A stretch of DNA of 64,000 nt from Octopus vulgaris (GCA_951406725.2 OX597833.1:64294001-64358000); one strand, 5' to 3'. Positions 1 through 16,324 are shown, counted from the stretch's first letter. Made by a program: numbers and translations. The notes: generated from the sequence alone by a model not told the origin.

Positions 1-701
1 TCTAATTAGATCTCGTGTTGCATTCAGGAAATTAACAATTGTAAGGTCAGTTTATAGAGTAACCTTAGGGCTCAAAGATTTGAATATCATTAAAATACCT
101 TTAGTTAATCTAACTACACTGTGTCATACAGGGTCAAATCAAATTTATACTAGTCACATGCAATTATCACCCGAACATTAGCAGAGACACCAATATTTCA
201 ATTAAAGCTTTTTGAACTTTTAACCCCATCCAGACTCGCAAATGATCCACCCTTCTATCACGTTTTATATTCAACCTGTTTCATCCCTTTCGTTACATTG
301 TAACATCCTGGCAATTATGGTAGTATCTCTCCGTTCTACAGTAATTCCAGCCTCAATTCTTCGTCAACTATGTATACCCCTAGTCTGTTTCATGTTCTTT
401 CTTATCGCCATCTCACCTTAGAGAATACACCCCATCCTACTTATCTTCTCATTAGCAGACATTTTCATCTGTACCTCCACACCTGTGCACCTCGTTACCA
501 ATTTCTATCACACACGGTCCTTTCATTGTAAAACCTCTAAAAGAATTTACCAAATCACCACGCTGGGAAGTTGCGTTGGTTAAAATTCGATGGGATCTCA
601 GCGAGCAGAGAGATCTGGAATACATCATGGGAATCATTTTGCCTAACTTCTGCAAATTCAGTGCCGCCATATACAGGGTATGGTATTAAATCTTTCCTTT
701 T

Positions 702-919
702 AAGGCTGCAAGCTGGCAGAAACGTTAGCATGCCAGGCGAAATGCTTAACGGTATTTCGTCTGCCGTTACGTGCTGAGTTCAAAATTCCGTCGAGGTCTA
801 CTTTGCCTTTCATGCTTTCGGGATCGATTAAATAAGTACCAGTTACGCTCTGGGGTCGATATAGTCGACTTAATCCGTTTGTCTGTCCTTGATTGTCCTC
901 TCTGTGTAGTAAAGAAATA
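702..919 (+). mobile_element. tRNA-derived SINE family A, full-length copy with 16-bp TSD
   Basis: A-box-like TGGCAGAAACG and B-box-like GAGTTCAAAATTCC, body GCCTTTCATGCTTTCGGGATCGATTAAATAAGTACCAG, tail AAAGAAATA. TSD GGTATTAAATCTTTCC at 682-697 and 920-935. Many homologous copies occur in the window. Confidence 0.9.
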
Positions 920-1105
920 GGTATTAAATCTTTCCATTTTTTATAAACGTTCCTACAACAAGGATCTGGTGCACTTCCATTCAAATCATGATGGCCATTA
1001 AAAATATAGGAACAGTACTAATTGAAGTTGCCTGAAAACACCGTTATCAACTACCTAACTTCACTCATAACGGATGACGATAATGAGGATCTTACCTTCG
1101 TCAAC

Positions 1106-1154
<49 letters not shown>

Positions 1155-1296
1155 ATTGATTGATTGATTTATCATCTCCATTACCTATCCCTGAGAGTGT
1201 TATAAGAGTAGTCTCCTGGTACCTTCTCCATATACACCTGTCAGAATCAACTGTCATTAGAATTTCCAGGTGGATGCTCAATTGCGACCAGATGAG

Positions 1297-1529
1297 AAGG
1301 CGGCGAGCTGGCAGAAACGTTAGCATACCGGGCGAAATGCTTAGCGGTATTTCGTCTGCCGCTACGTTCTGAGTTCAAATTCCGCCGAGGTCGACTTTGC
1401 CTTTCACCCTTTCGGAGTCGATTAAATAAGTACCAGTTACGCACTGGGGTCGATATTATCAACTTAATCCGTTTTTCTGTCCTTGTTTGTCCCCTCTGTG
1501 TGCAGTCCCATGTGGGCAGTAAAGAAGTA
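1297..1529 (+). mobile_element. SINE family A, full-length copy
   Basis: Colinear with the 702 copy. TSD AGATGAGAA at 1290-1298 and 1530-1538. Confidence 0.9.
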
Positions 1530-2097
1530 AGATGAGAACGTGGATCTTATCCAGCCATGTCGTTCCTAGCATACACTCTGAGTTTCCTTTCAGTTAACTC
1601 AGCTTGGAGAATGACCCTTGCGATACTTTCCTGTGAGGTTCCAATCACATATCCTTAGTACCAACGCTGTAACCTATCAATACGCAAAAGTAGAGTTCCG
1701 ACTTGGAGAATATGTATGAATATTAATATACGTTTAATATTTTAAATCAATTTGAAATAGAAGCGAAACGTCCACCATTTTGGTGGCTTCACAATAAACG
1801 TAGAATAAATTTATTAAGAAGGTTTAACTGAATAGGGCTCTCCCAATACAAAATACAAATGGATACGCATATGCATAGGTACATATATACATGTATACAC
1901 ATGTATGTATGTATATATATGTATGTCTGAGTGTTCATGTGTATATGTGTATGTATGTATGTATGTGTTTTCTGTACGCAACATTCGTGCTCATACATAT
2001 ATCAATGGTTGTTTAAATACATATTAAATCAGAGGTGTTGATGTAGAGGTGGAATAACAATGGCGCTAAATATATTGCATTACATAACTGAAGGCTG

Positions 2098-2166
2098 AAT
2101 TTCTTCTTCTTCTTCTTCTTCTTCTTCTTCTTCTTCTTCTTCTTCTTCTTCTTCTTCTTCTTCTTC
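2098..2166. repeat. (TTC)n microsatellite
   Basis: Perfect trinucleotide run. Confidence 0.95.
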
Positions 2167-2289
2167 GTGACACCACGTACCGGTTTTTATCCCCTCCATC
2201 TAAATAATGCACTAGAGAGCGGCAATATGCATAATGGAGGTCTTCATTTCCAACCCCACAACTAAATATTGCAAACAATCTAACACCAG

Positions 2290-4760
<2,471 letters not shown>

Positions 4761-5069
4761 TATAGCCAAGTCGAGATTGCTGCAAACTTGCTAAAATAGC
4801 ATGAATGCTAAAATCTATTTCTACTTTGCAGACGTCTGATTGTTGTTGTTTTTGTTGTATTGATGCTGTTTGTTGTTGCTGTTCTTGGTGCTGAGGTGAA
4901 AATTCTTGTTGGTCTTGTTGTTGTTGTTGTTGCTGTTAGTGAGTGGAGAATGAGCTGGCTTTATCAGGAGTCACAATCATTGATGTCTAACACGACATGC
5001 TCAGACAGCAGTCGCCAACGCCATTGATCTCCGTATATTTGTCGGGGTAGCGTTTAATTAATGAATATT

Positions 5070-5088
5070 TATAATAATAATAACAACA

Positions 5089-5165
<77 letters not shown>

Positions 5166-5244
5166 AAGAAGAAGAAAAATAATAATGATAATAATGATGA
5201 TGATACTAATAAGAATAACGATAATAATAATAATGATGATAATA

Positions 5245-5303
<59 letters not shown>

Positions 5304-5335
5304 TACTAATAAGAATAACAACAATAATAATAATG

Positions 5336-5402
<67 letters not shown>

Positions 5403-5518
5403 TAATAACAACAATAATAATAATAATGATAATAACAATAATGATACTAGTAAGAATAACAATAACTATAATGATAATAATAATAATAATAATTATGATA
5501 ATAATAATAATAATAATA

Positions 5519-5552
<34 letters not shown>

Positions 5553-5694
5553 CGATGATGACGACGATGATAACACATTAAAAAGACTGTAATCTCAACC
5601 AAATTATTAGTATTAGTAACGATGATATTAGTAATAACAATGTAAAAAAAACCCAATAAGAATGATGATGATGATGATGATGATAATAATAATG

Positions 5695-5731
<37 letters not shown>

Positions 5732-5915
5732 TAATAATAATAATAATAATTATAATAATGATAATAATAATAATAATAATAATAATTATAATAATAATAA
5801 AAATGTATGTAGTTGTAGTAACAATACTACTACTACTACTAATAATAATACTGATATAAGAATAATGATAATGATAATAGCAATATGTAGTCGTAGTAGT
5901 AGTAGTAGTCATAAT
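5070..5915. repeat. Compound (TAA)n/(GAA)n/(GAT)n/(TAG)n microsatellite
   Basis: Directly visible trinucleotide mosaic. Confidence 0.95.
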
Positions 5916-6567
5916 TAAATTCATAGCTGCAAGACTATGAATTGTACCAAGGATTGATAACTGTGTTGATAATATATTTAATATTTCTCTGCAAGGAAGA
6001 CATGTTTTTGGCAAGTTAATGCATGTTTGCATATCATATTTATCCTTTATCTTTCAGCCAGATACTGAGGGCATACTGGGGCTACGCTTTTTAGCATGAT
6101 TGGATTTCTTTTCCTATTTTGTTCCTGATGAAGTATCGAGCTGGACAGAAGCTGCCGTTCCTTGTGCCCCTTGCCGTGATGAGGTTTCATCTGCTAATTT
6201 TTATAAAAATTTATTCAGACCTACTTTGAAAACCCCCATATCCATACCTCACTCATCTCATGCTGTCTCACAAAATATTGACCAATTTTGATCCCTTCAA
6301 ATTCAAAACGTTATATTAACGTGTTCTTATTCTAGATTCCGAAGACGGGATATTTCGGTACCATCGAGTGTCATCCATTTCGGGGGTTTAGTATAACTCT
6401 CAATGCCAAGTTGCGAACTAGATCTTCCATGAACCCTGCTCCATTTGTGTATCACGGCTTATCTTTCATGTCTTTTGTCTCGGAAATAGATCTTCAGTTC
6501 CTTTATTTGTATAGAAATCGTGCGGTCGATTACTCGGTTTAATTAGATAAACAAGCCATATCGTTAC

Positions 6568-6705
6568 AGGGGTGGCTGTGTGTTAGAAAGTTTGCTTTCA
6601 AACGCTATGGTGGATACCTTGGATACCTTGGACAAGTGTCTTCTACTCTAGCTCTGGGTCTGCCATATCCTTGTGAATGGGTTTGGCAGACGGAAACAGA
6701 AATAG
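6568..6705 (+). mobile_element. SINE family B, degenerate 5' part
   Basis: GGTGGCTGTGTGTTAG...CTTGGACAAGTGTCTTCTACT...CCTTGTGAATGGGTTTGGCAGACGGAAAC matches the 59461 copy. Confidence 0.75.
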
Positions 6706-6713
6706 GTCGCAGA

Positions 6714-6794
<81 letters not shown>

Positions 6795-6800
6795 CTCTCA

Positions 6801-6881
<81 letters not shown>

Positions 6882-6899
6882 GGTAACGTAACGTGAAGG

Positions 6900-7030
6900 T
6901 AAAGTGCAAGTGGCTGAGCACTCCGCAGACACGTGTACCCTTAGCGCAGTTCTCAGGGAGTTTCAGCGTGACAGAGAGTGGGACAAGGTTGGCCCGTTTG
7001 AAATACAGGTACTACTCATATTTGCCAAGG
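6900..7030 (-). mobile_element. Probable SINE family C 3' fragment
   Basis: Shares TTTCAGCGTGA...AAATACAGG with the 28700-28880 region, and TTTGCCAA links it to the family C head at 14260. The family assignment is inference. Confidence 0.45.
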
Positions 7031-7149
7031 CAGTGCCCTAATATGATCGCATTTAAATAACTCAGCTTCGCTTAGACCTCGCTCTCTCTCTCTCTCTTTC
7101 TCTCTCTCACTCTCGCCCTCTCTCGGCCCCTTTCTCTCAATATACATAC

Positions 7150-7371
7150 TCTCTCTTTACTCTTTACTCTTTTACTTGTTTCAGTCATTTGACTGCGGCC
7201 ATGCTGGAGCACCGCCTTTAGTCGAGCAAATCGACACCGGACTTATTCTTTGTAAGCCCAGTACTTATTCTATCGGTCTCTTTTTGCCGAAACGCTAGCT
7301 GACGGGGACGTAAACACACCAGCATCGGTTGTCAAGCAATGCTAGGGGGACAAACACAGACGCACAAATAT

Positions 7372-7406
<35 letters not shown>

Positions 7407-7584
7407 ATAAACATATATACGACAGGCTTCTTTTCAGTTTCCGTCTACCAAATCCACTCACAAGGCATTGGTCGGCCCGGGGCTATAGCAGAAGACACTT
7501 GCCCAAGATGTCACGCAGTGGGACTGAACCCGGAACCATGTGGTTGGTTAGCAAGCTACTTACCACACAGCCACTTCTGCGCCT
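7150..7584 (-). mobile_element. tRNA-derived SINE family B (CORE-like), full length with internal microsatellite
   Basis: The reverse complement begins GGCGCAGAAGTGGCTGTGTGGTAAG (A box) and has GGTTCAGTCCC (B box), CTTGGGCAAGTGTCTT (CORE-like) and a tail CAGTCAAATGACTGAAACAAGTAAAAGAGTAAAGAG. Confidence 0.9.
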
Positions 7585-7724
7585 ATATTCATATTTAAAA
7601 AGGATCATAGAGCCTTTTCGAATCATAGGCCCCTAAGCCCGTTTTCCCGAATTTTGTGGCGTATACATTTCTCAATCGACCGAAAAAGATGCCGGTCCAA
7701 CGAAGAAATAGAATTTTACAAACA

Positions 7725-7850
7725 TAGTGGCCTGGAGTAAGGTGAAATGAAGTGTCCTGCACAAGGACACAATACGTTACCCAATCCAGGATTCGAAACC
7801 CCAATGTTACGATCATGGATGTGCAACACACTCAGCACTACGGCACGAGT
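7725..7850 (-). mobile_element. SINE family C degenerate 5' head
   Basis: The reverse complement has GGTTTCGAATCC (B box) followed by GTGTCCTTGTGCAGGACACTTCATTTCAC. It is homologous to 14260-14390. Confidence 0.6.
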
Positions 7851-8159
7851 CAAGACATATTCGTAATACATACACACATACATATATGCATACATACATA
7901 CACACATTTGTATATGAAGGGATGTAATATACACATAAATATATGCGTGTGCATGTTTGTGCGTGTGCCTGTGTACGTGCGTGCGTGTGTGTACGTATAT
8001 TCGTGAAGGCATATGCACACACATACAGACACACACACGCACAACGACACACGTGGATATAATTTTGATAGATTTAATGCTTCCATATGGAGACTGTCAG
8101 AATATCATATTTATAAATACATATTTCAATATATATATATATACATATATATATATATG

Positions 8160-8210
<51 letters not shown>

Positions 8211-8217
8211 ATATATG

Positions 8218-8250
<33 letters not shown>

Positions 8251-8272
8251 TATATATATATGTATATATATT

Positions 8273-8318
<46 letters not shown>

Positions 8319-8351
8319 TATATATATACATATTCATATATTATATATTTA

Positions 8352-8390
<39 letters not shown>

Positions 8391-8455
8391 TTATAGATAT
8401 ACATATACATATATATATATACATATTCGAATATATTTAAATGTATATATGTGGG

Positions 8456-8513
<58 letters not shown>

Positions 8514-9059
8514 TATATACTTATATCCACTTATATCCCTAACTACAAATGCATCTGCATGTTTTGTATCTGTAGATACGTACGTGTAGATTTTCTGCGA
8601 GTGTTGTGTCAAAGTGCGTCTGTATTGGCGCTCTACAGTGGCTGCCATCTACTTCACATTGATTTCACATTCATCTTACTAAAAGCTATCTCATCGTACA
8701 TTCTGCAGTGCTCTGACTAGCGAATAAAAATCAATATTTTTGAATAAACTGCAAATATTGTCATATAAATTGTGATAACGTTTCGCTTTGTTCATTAATG
8801 TTTGCTTCGACATTGATTTTTAACTGCTAGTTCATTCTACCGCATTAATAAAATAACAACTTTTGAAGAAATAAAAGAAAATACAGCCAAAAAGGTTACA
8901 TAAAAACGCGAAACATTTTAGTGTATAAACTATGGGATCAAATGTGCAAGTGTGCATACATGAGTGTATACACACAAGCACACACACATACGCACACGCA
9001 CACATATGTATGAAGAGAAATATGTATCGATGTATATTTTGTATATCGTGCGCATGTAT

Positions 9060-9124
<65 letters not shown>

Positions 9125-9316
9125 CATATATATATGTATATATTTAAGTGTATATATATATATATGCATGTATGTATATATGTGTGTGCATGAGTGAGTG
9201 TATTTATATAAGTAAATCTGTATATATATACATATTTGTGTGTTCTGTATCCATTCACGCTTTTGCGTGTATAGCAGTAAATATTATATTTGTCTGCATG
9301 CGTATATGTATATGCG

Positions 9317-9365
<49 letters not shown>

Positions 9366-9465
9366 ATGTGTGTGTGTGTGTGTATACATATATATATGTG
9401 CATATAATTATAAATATAGGTACAAAAATATATATATATATCTATATCTATATATATGTATAGAT

Positions 9466-9506
<41 letters not shown>

Positions 9507-9513
9507 TAATATT

Positions 9514-9558
<45 letters not shown>

Positions 9559-9953
9559 TAATATTTATATATGTATGTTCGTATATATATATATATATAT
9601 ATATACATACATGCATACACACACATATATGTATATGAATGTGCATATATGTATATGCGTATTTACATAATGAAAATTAATTTAAATTAAAAACTAGAAA
9701 GATAATTATAGTTTTCAGTTGATGCGATCGTGTCTTCATTTAGTTTATATGATTAAACCAGAGAGTTTTCTCCCGATACAATCACATATCTAAGGTTATT
9801 GTCAGCAAGTGCAGCGTTGAAACATTGAATATCGAATGAACATTGGAATGGCACATGCCTTATCGAATGACAACTGCTGAAAATTCTCTGAATGAAGAAA
9901 ATTAATTTGATAAATTCGGAAAAAATCAAACTTTTGTCAATATACATACATGC

Positions 9954-10020
<67 letters not shown>

Positions 10021-10307
10021 GACACATACACACTTATACACATATATACATATCCAACTGGTGCAAATGTACAAGAAACAAGAGACAGCGATAGGTGAGG
10101 TAACAACAAACTAGGTGTCTTAGTTTCACGCTGAAAATGTAATGAAATAAGAACCGATGGTGACATTGTTAGTTCAAATCCGGCGATGTTTTTACCGTTT
10201 CCTTGTCCATGTGTGGATGTGTCAGTTGATACAATGAAATTTTAAAATTTAATAACCTCTCTCCCAAACCTTAAATTTGCATCACGATACGCACGTTAGA
10301 ATATTTA

Positions 10308-10723
10308 TTTATTTATTACCCACAGGGGACTAAACACAGAGGGGACAAACAAGGACAGACAAACGGATTAAGTCGATTATATTGACCCTAGTGCGTAACT
10401 GGAACTTAATTTATCGACCCCGAACGGATGAAAGGCAAAGTCGACCTCGCCGGAATTTGACCTCAGAACGTAGCAGCAGACGAAATACCTATTTCTTTAA
10501 TACCCACAAGGGACTAAACACAGAGGGGACAAACAAGGACAGACAAACGGATTAAGTCGATTATATCGACCCCAGTGCGTAACTGGTACTTAATTTATCG
10601 ACCACGAAAGGATGAAAAGGCAAAGTCAACCTCGGCAGAATTTGAACTCAGAACGTAACGGCCTACGAAATACGGCTACGCATTTCACCCGGCGTGCTAA
10701 CGATTCCGCCAGCTCGTCGCCTT
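10308..10723 (-). mobile_element. SINE family A head-to-tail dimer (full unit plus 5'-truncated unit)
   Basis: Two units joined at CGAAATACCTATTTCTTT (about 10481-10498). Confidence 0.9.
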
Positions 10724-11607
10724 TTAGTAACGTAGCTTAGACCTACCTTTCACTGTCTGCCTTTTGGTTTGCACGTCTGTCTCTTTCCCTCTCTTTCTCT
10801 TTCATTATTTTGCGTTGTCAAATAAACTCGTTCGTTTCCTTCCTATGTAATTTCAATTAGCAGGAAATATATTTTTTTTTGTAGTTGCTTGTTTTCTCTG
10901 TAGCTCAATTCTTCCTTTACAACTTTTGTTCATTACTTTTGAAATTTGAACAAATTTTTCCTCTTCAGATATATGACGATTGAGTGCCAAATAGTAAAAC
11001 GTGAGTATTTTCAACACCTACCAGTTTACATAGTTTCCAAAATTTCCAAAAGTACTCAAGACATGAAGAAGCCACTTTTTCTGAAATAACTGAAATCAAT
11101 TTCATTTGTCAAGTTGGGGGCAAACTGAATCTTACAGATTCGTCGCCTTCTGGCCGATCTGCTCGGTCCAATGTGGATTGATTGGAGAGATAATCTACGC
11201 GGATCTGTGTCAGTCTATAAAAGAATTCATCGAACAGATAGGCTGCTCCAACGATACCGTCCTTCGTCAAATTCATTCGATGAAGATTGAAAAACTCGGT
11301 GTATGGATACAACACGTTCTGAACAAAGAAAACAAACTCCAGGTCATATGCTGCTAATTTTAACCAAAAACTATTCAAGCGTTCCGTTGGGAGTTTCTAC
11401 TGTACCCACCGCAAATTCTTGTTATAGCCCCTTCATATTAGTGCCTAGTTTGGGCCCTCTCCAAAAGTCTATCAAGCGTTTCGTTCAACAATGATTCGGT
11501 CCGATGAATTCTTCGATTTCTGTGGTCAAGTCTTTGATTGATAAACTGGTGGAATGTTGGCAAGGAGACGGGAACATTCAAGGAATTAATATATTGGTTG
11601 AGAATCT

Positions 11608-11775
11608 TTCACAAGGCCAGCAATTACAGGGACGGGGTAAGTCGAAAATATAGACCCCTTCCTCCCACAGTGCTCAACTGATGCGTATTTTATTGACCTC
11701 GAAAGGATGAAAGCCAAAATCGACATCGGCGACATTTGAACGCAGAATGTTAAGATGGATGAAATGCCGCTAAAT
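11608..11775 (-). mobile_element. Older SINE A-related subfamily (A2) with a different 3' tail
   Basis: The body CTCGAAAGGATGAAAGCCAAAATCGACATCGG matches family A, but the tail is CACAAGGCCAGCAATT (reverse complement AATTGCTGGCCTTGTG). Confidence 0.7.
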
Positions 11776-11778
11776 ATT

Positions 11779-12195
11779 TAATTCTTTATTGGCCACAAGG
11801 GGCCAAACATAGAAGGGACAAATAATGACAGACAAAGGTACCAAGTCGATTACATCGACCCCAGTGCGTAACTGGTACTTATTTAATCGACCCCGAAAGG
11901 ACGAAAGGCAAAGTCGACCTCGGCGGAATTTGACCTCAGAACGTAGCGGCAGACGAAATACCTATTTCTTTACTACCCACAAGGGGCCAAACATAGAAGA
12001 GACAAATAATGACAGACAAAGGAACCAAGTCGATTACATCGACCCCAGTGCGTAACTGGTACTTATTTAATCGACCCCGAAAGGACGAAAGGCAAAGTCG
12101 ACCTCGGCGGAATTTGAACTCAGAACGTAGCGGCAGTCGAAATACCACTAAGCATTTCGTCTGGCGTGCTAACGATTCTGGCAGCTCGTCGCCTT
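11779..12195 (-). mobile_element. SINE family A head-to-tail dimer
   Basis: Same junction as at 10.5 kb (CGAAATACCTATTTCTTT, about 11954-11971). Confidence 0.9.
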
Positions 12196-12499
12196 TGAAG
12201 GAGACGGAGACTATATTATTGACTGATTCGATGAGAATGTTGACAAAGACTAAGGACTAAAAATAAATAAAATATGAAAATATTTTTTTTAAAAACCCGA
12301 CAAATTTATCCGACAACCTTATACATAAATTTGTTTCCGTTTTGCTTTGCTTGTCTAATGTGATTTCGTTTTCGCTTCATATTATTTTTTTCCAATTTGC
12401 TCACGGATGTCAACAACAATTTACCTTTTCTCTTGCCAATGATATTATTGTTTCCTCACAATGATTATCTCTGTTTCTCTCCCGCTCATCCTCCCTACG

Positions 12500-12920
<421 letters not shown>

Positions 12921-13417
12921 ACTTTAGATTTTCCCTTCGCACATACACACTTTCCTACTATTCCCTTGTTCTTTACAGTCTCTCTCTCTCTCTCTCTCTC
13001 TCTCCCTCTCTCACTCTCTCTTGTCTCTTGTTCCGATTCTTTTCCGTTCCGTCCTTTTCCTAAAGTCTACCTTACATTCTCATCAATTCATCAATCATGT
13101 CTATTTCTCTCTCCAAAAAAAACCACTCACCCAGACCCACCCATCACTGTCTCTCCCACGTTCACTACTCACTATCAAAGTCCCATTATGCGATTTTCAC
13201 ACCTCATCTCTCCCCTTGCTCACCTGTTCGTTTTCTCTCCATCCTCTTAAACACTACTTCCTCTCCCGTTGCATGGTCCATCTCCTCCTCTCCTAGCATT
13301 TCTTTCAGCATCTTCCAGACATATTCTTCGCAAATTGCACAAAAGTACACTTTACCGCTTCAAGGCGTTACTTCCATGAACAGCAATGCCTTCTTTGTTT
13401 TGCAGTAGACATATCTC

Positions 13418-13468
<51 letters not shown>

Positions 13469-13474
<6 letters not shown>

Positions 13475-13779
13475 AGGGTACTACTATTCGTAGATACCAC
13501 ACGCTAAAGAGGGACCAATGCGGTCAAAACTAAATTTAGTTACTAAGTAACTAAATTCTTTTTTTTAAATGATTTGCTTTGAAGTTTTGCATTCGGTAAA
13601 ATTTTGTTTATTTTAGTAGTTTTGACCGCATTGGTCCCTCTTTAGGGTGTGGTATCTACTAATAGTAGTACCCTCAATATACGGATATAAATTACAAAGT
13701 GGATTTACGGATTTTTTCTCTTACGAGGTTTTTCACGCTAACTACTGATAATTTCTTTTAAAGATTTTATCCTCAATTG

Positions 13780-13783
<4 letters not shown>
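13469..13783. mobile_element. (TA)n-embedded short element with terminal inverted duplication
   Basis: Arms of about 62 bp at 13469-13532 and 13617-13680 are near-perfect reverse complements. (TA)n lies on both sides. Confidence 0.7.
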
Positions 13784-13840
<57 letters not shown>

Positions 13841-13841
<1 letters not shown>

Positions 13842-14068
13842 CTTCTTCACTCTATTGTGTGACCCCTCTGTCCGGCAGTCGCCATGATAGATCAGTAGCC
13901 ACTACACATTTTTTTCTCTCCTTGTTTCTTTCTGTGTCCCTTTCTGTGTAAGAGCGTAGGCTCGAAACGTAAAAAACTTCTTCAATTCCTGAGCGTTATA
14001 CTAATACATCTGTTTGTTTTCTACACCACCTGTCTTCGTCTTTTGTTTTTTTCGTGAATTCTCCCCCT
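13841..14068 (+). mobile_element. Short repeat family H1 with hammerhead-like motif (Penelope pLTR/retrozyme-like)
   Basis: Homologous to 41461-41648 (-). Contains GAGC-gtag-GCTC-GAAACGTA. Flanked by TA/CA microsatellites. Confidence 0.7.
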
Positions 14069-14080
14069 ATAAGCATATAT

Positions 14081-14186
<106 letters not shown>

Positions 14187-14259
14187 TAATATTTCCGACT
14201 CGAGTCATGTCAGATTCATGTAGGTCGATTTCCCCAGGTGTATATACCACACGCTCACT

Positions 14260-14390
14260 AATTTTTGCCAACTGAGTGGACTGGTGGGACGTGAAATGAA
14301 GTGTTTTGTAGACCAGGTATCGTCCAGGTATCGAAGCCACAATCTCACGGTCGAACCCAACACCCCAACCACTAAGAATGCACCTCCATA
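14260..14390 (-). mobile_element. SINE family C degenerate 5' head
   Basis: The reverse complement reads GGAGGTGCATTCTTAGTGGTTGGGGTGTTGGG...GCTTCGATACC...CACTTCATTTCAC...CCAGTCCACTCAGTTGGCAAAAAT. Confidence 0.6.
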
Positions 14391-14758
14391 CATGTGTGTG
14401 TGTGTGTGTGTGTATACACACATGCACAATTACACGTATGTGTACACATACACTGATACGAAGATTGACGGAGAGATGTGTTACGTGCTTTAGCTCTAAA
14501 TGTTTTCACATTTGTAAAGCAATTTATCTATTCTACACAGTATTTGAGTTCATGTGATTTCGAATATATTGAAGATATCTTACAAGGGCAGAATAAAAAT
14601 TTGTTGACAAATTCCCGCCAACGATATATATATATACTTTTATATATGTATATGTATACTTATATGTATGTTTATATATATGTATGTCTATTTGTATATG
14701 TACATATATGTTCATACATATACATATATATATGTCCATATATATATATATATTTATA

Positions 14759-14813
<55 letters not shown>

Positions 14814-15228
14814 GGGTGTATGTATAGTCATACACATGTAGACATACATATACATATGTATTACAGGCGTACACGTACTTATATAAAGCATACAAAGAGA
14901 AAGGAGATTGATAGAATGACAGAGAGACTGATATGTATGACCTGGAGATGGACTAGTGGACATAGTATTATAGCATGAATGGCATGGTCGGATTTGAATG
15001 TCATGAAGTGTGTGTGAAAGAAATGAATGTTTCGCAGGTTGTTAAGTGAAGCACTTATGAAAAAAAGATGGAAAACAAATGAACATAGCTTATTGAAGGA
15101 TACATTTATTACCGTGTACAATGCTAGTCACTTTGCATTGTTGCTGTCTATTAGGCTTAAATTGGTACTGCTCCCATCACCTCGACATATTCCACTAAGA
15201 GAGGAGGTTCTGTCTATGAGCGTCTAAA

Positions 15229-16324
15229 TCATTTGACACTTTACCAAAGTTGTGTAAATTCTAATAATCCCTACTTGATCACGTGCTGTCACTGACTCTG
15301 CTTTTGGTACTTATTTTCTCATGTATTAAGAGTAATCTATGTTGCTTTATTACAATATTTTCTGGACCCTTTGGTTTCCTGTAGATGTCTCATATTTTCG
15401 TGAGAGTATTATATTTTATTCCCAATTTCTTGCTAAAGATATTCTGTTGTGTTTTTCACCTCACTGAATTCCCCATGTAATATTATTTCAGACCTTTGTT
15501 CTTTATCTCACCAGAATAATTTTATTCCTGTAAATATTTTCATGAACCTTGGCCTTCCACCATCTTGTATAGTTAATGCTGTACATAGATTGCTTATTGA
15601 CATACATTGCATCAGTGCTGTAGCATTGTCTTAGAGAGAGGAAATTTCCGAGAAGGTCAGATTTTTGATCTGTTTCCTCAAATGACATTAGTAGACGCAT
15701 ATATCACATAGTTGCTATGAAATACGTTTCACTTCTACATGGCTTGGTTTCAAGTTCATTTCTGATGATTGACATCTTCAGAAAGAATTTTCTTACATAA
15801 CCTTAGATAAATCAAATTAGAAGGAACGAAATTTGGTGGAACAAGTTTGCGTAATAATCAAACCGTTCCTGCGTTCTTGTGTTCCTGCTCATGGGTGTCA
15901 AACTCAGTTCGTCACCAGGTTCAGCACCACAGACTATCCCTGGTGTGCGTTTAACAGATTTCCATTTTTGTGAGAGTTTTCAGACTGTACTTTGGTCAGA
16001 GTAGAGCTTTCGCTATTCCATGAATTTGTAACGAAGGTTCACAGATTGTTCATTGGTGGGACCATTCGAATTTTTGCCTGTAGAGTCGTGTAACAGTGAA
16101 ATAAAATATTTTTAACAATTGGGAATAAAATATAATACTCTCATGAAAATATGAGACATCTACAGGAAACCAAAGGGTCCAGAAAATATTGTAATAACGC
16201 AACCTACATTACTCTTAATACGTGAGAAAAAATGAAGTACCACAGGCAGAGTCAGTGATAGCACGTGATCAACTAGGAATAATTAGAATTTACACAACGG
16301 CGATGAATAACAGAGTTTCAAATG
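15229..16324. mobile_element. Putative non-autonomous DNA transposon with ~180-bp terminal inverted repeats
   Basis: 15250-15427 is a diverged reverse complement of 16117-16298, with a spacer of about 690 bp. Confidence 0.6.

Larger units (their letters stand above)
10806..12323 (+). pseudogene. Decayed mariner-type DNA transposon interrupted by SINEs
   Basis: Peptide KEFIEQIGCSNDTVLRQIHSMKIEKLGVWIQHVLNKENKLQ resembles the mariner HTH plus WVPHEL region. A DKLVECWQ-like C-terminal remnant lies near 11540. TIR-like ends are GCGTTGTCAAATAAACTCG (about 10812) and CGACAAATTTATCCGACAACCTTATA (about 12298-12323). Confidence 0.6.

Noticed and set aside
702-800. tRNA-like A/B boxes in SINE heads
   Set aside because: They are parts of SINEs; there is no complete cloverleaf, so they are not tRNA genes.
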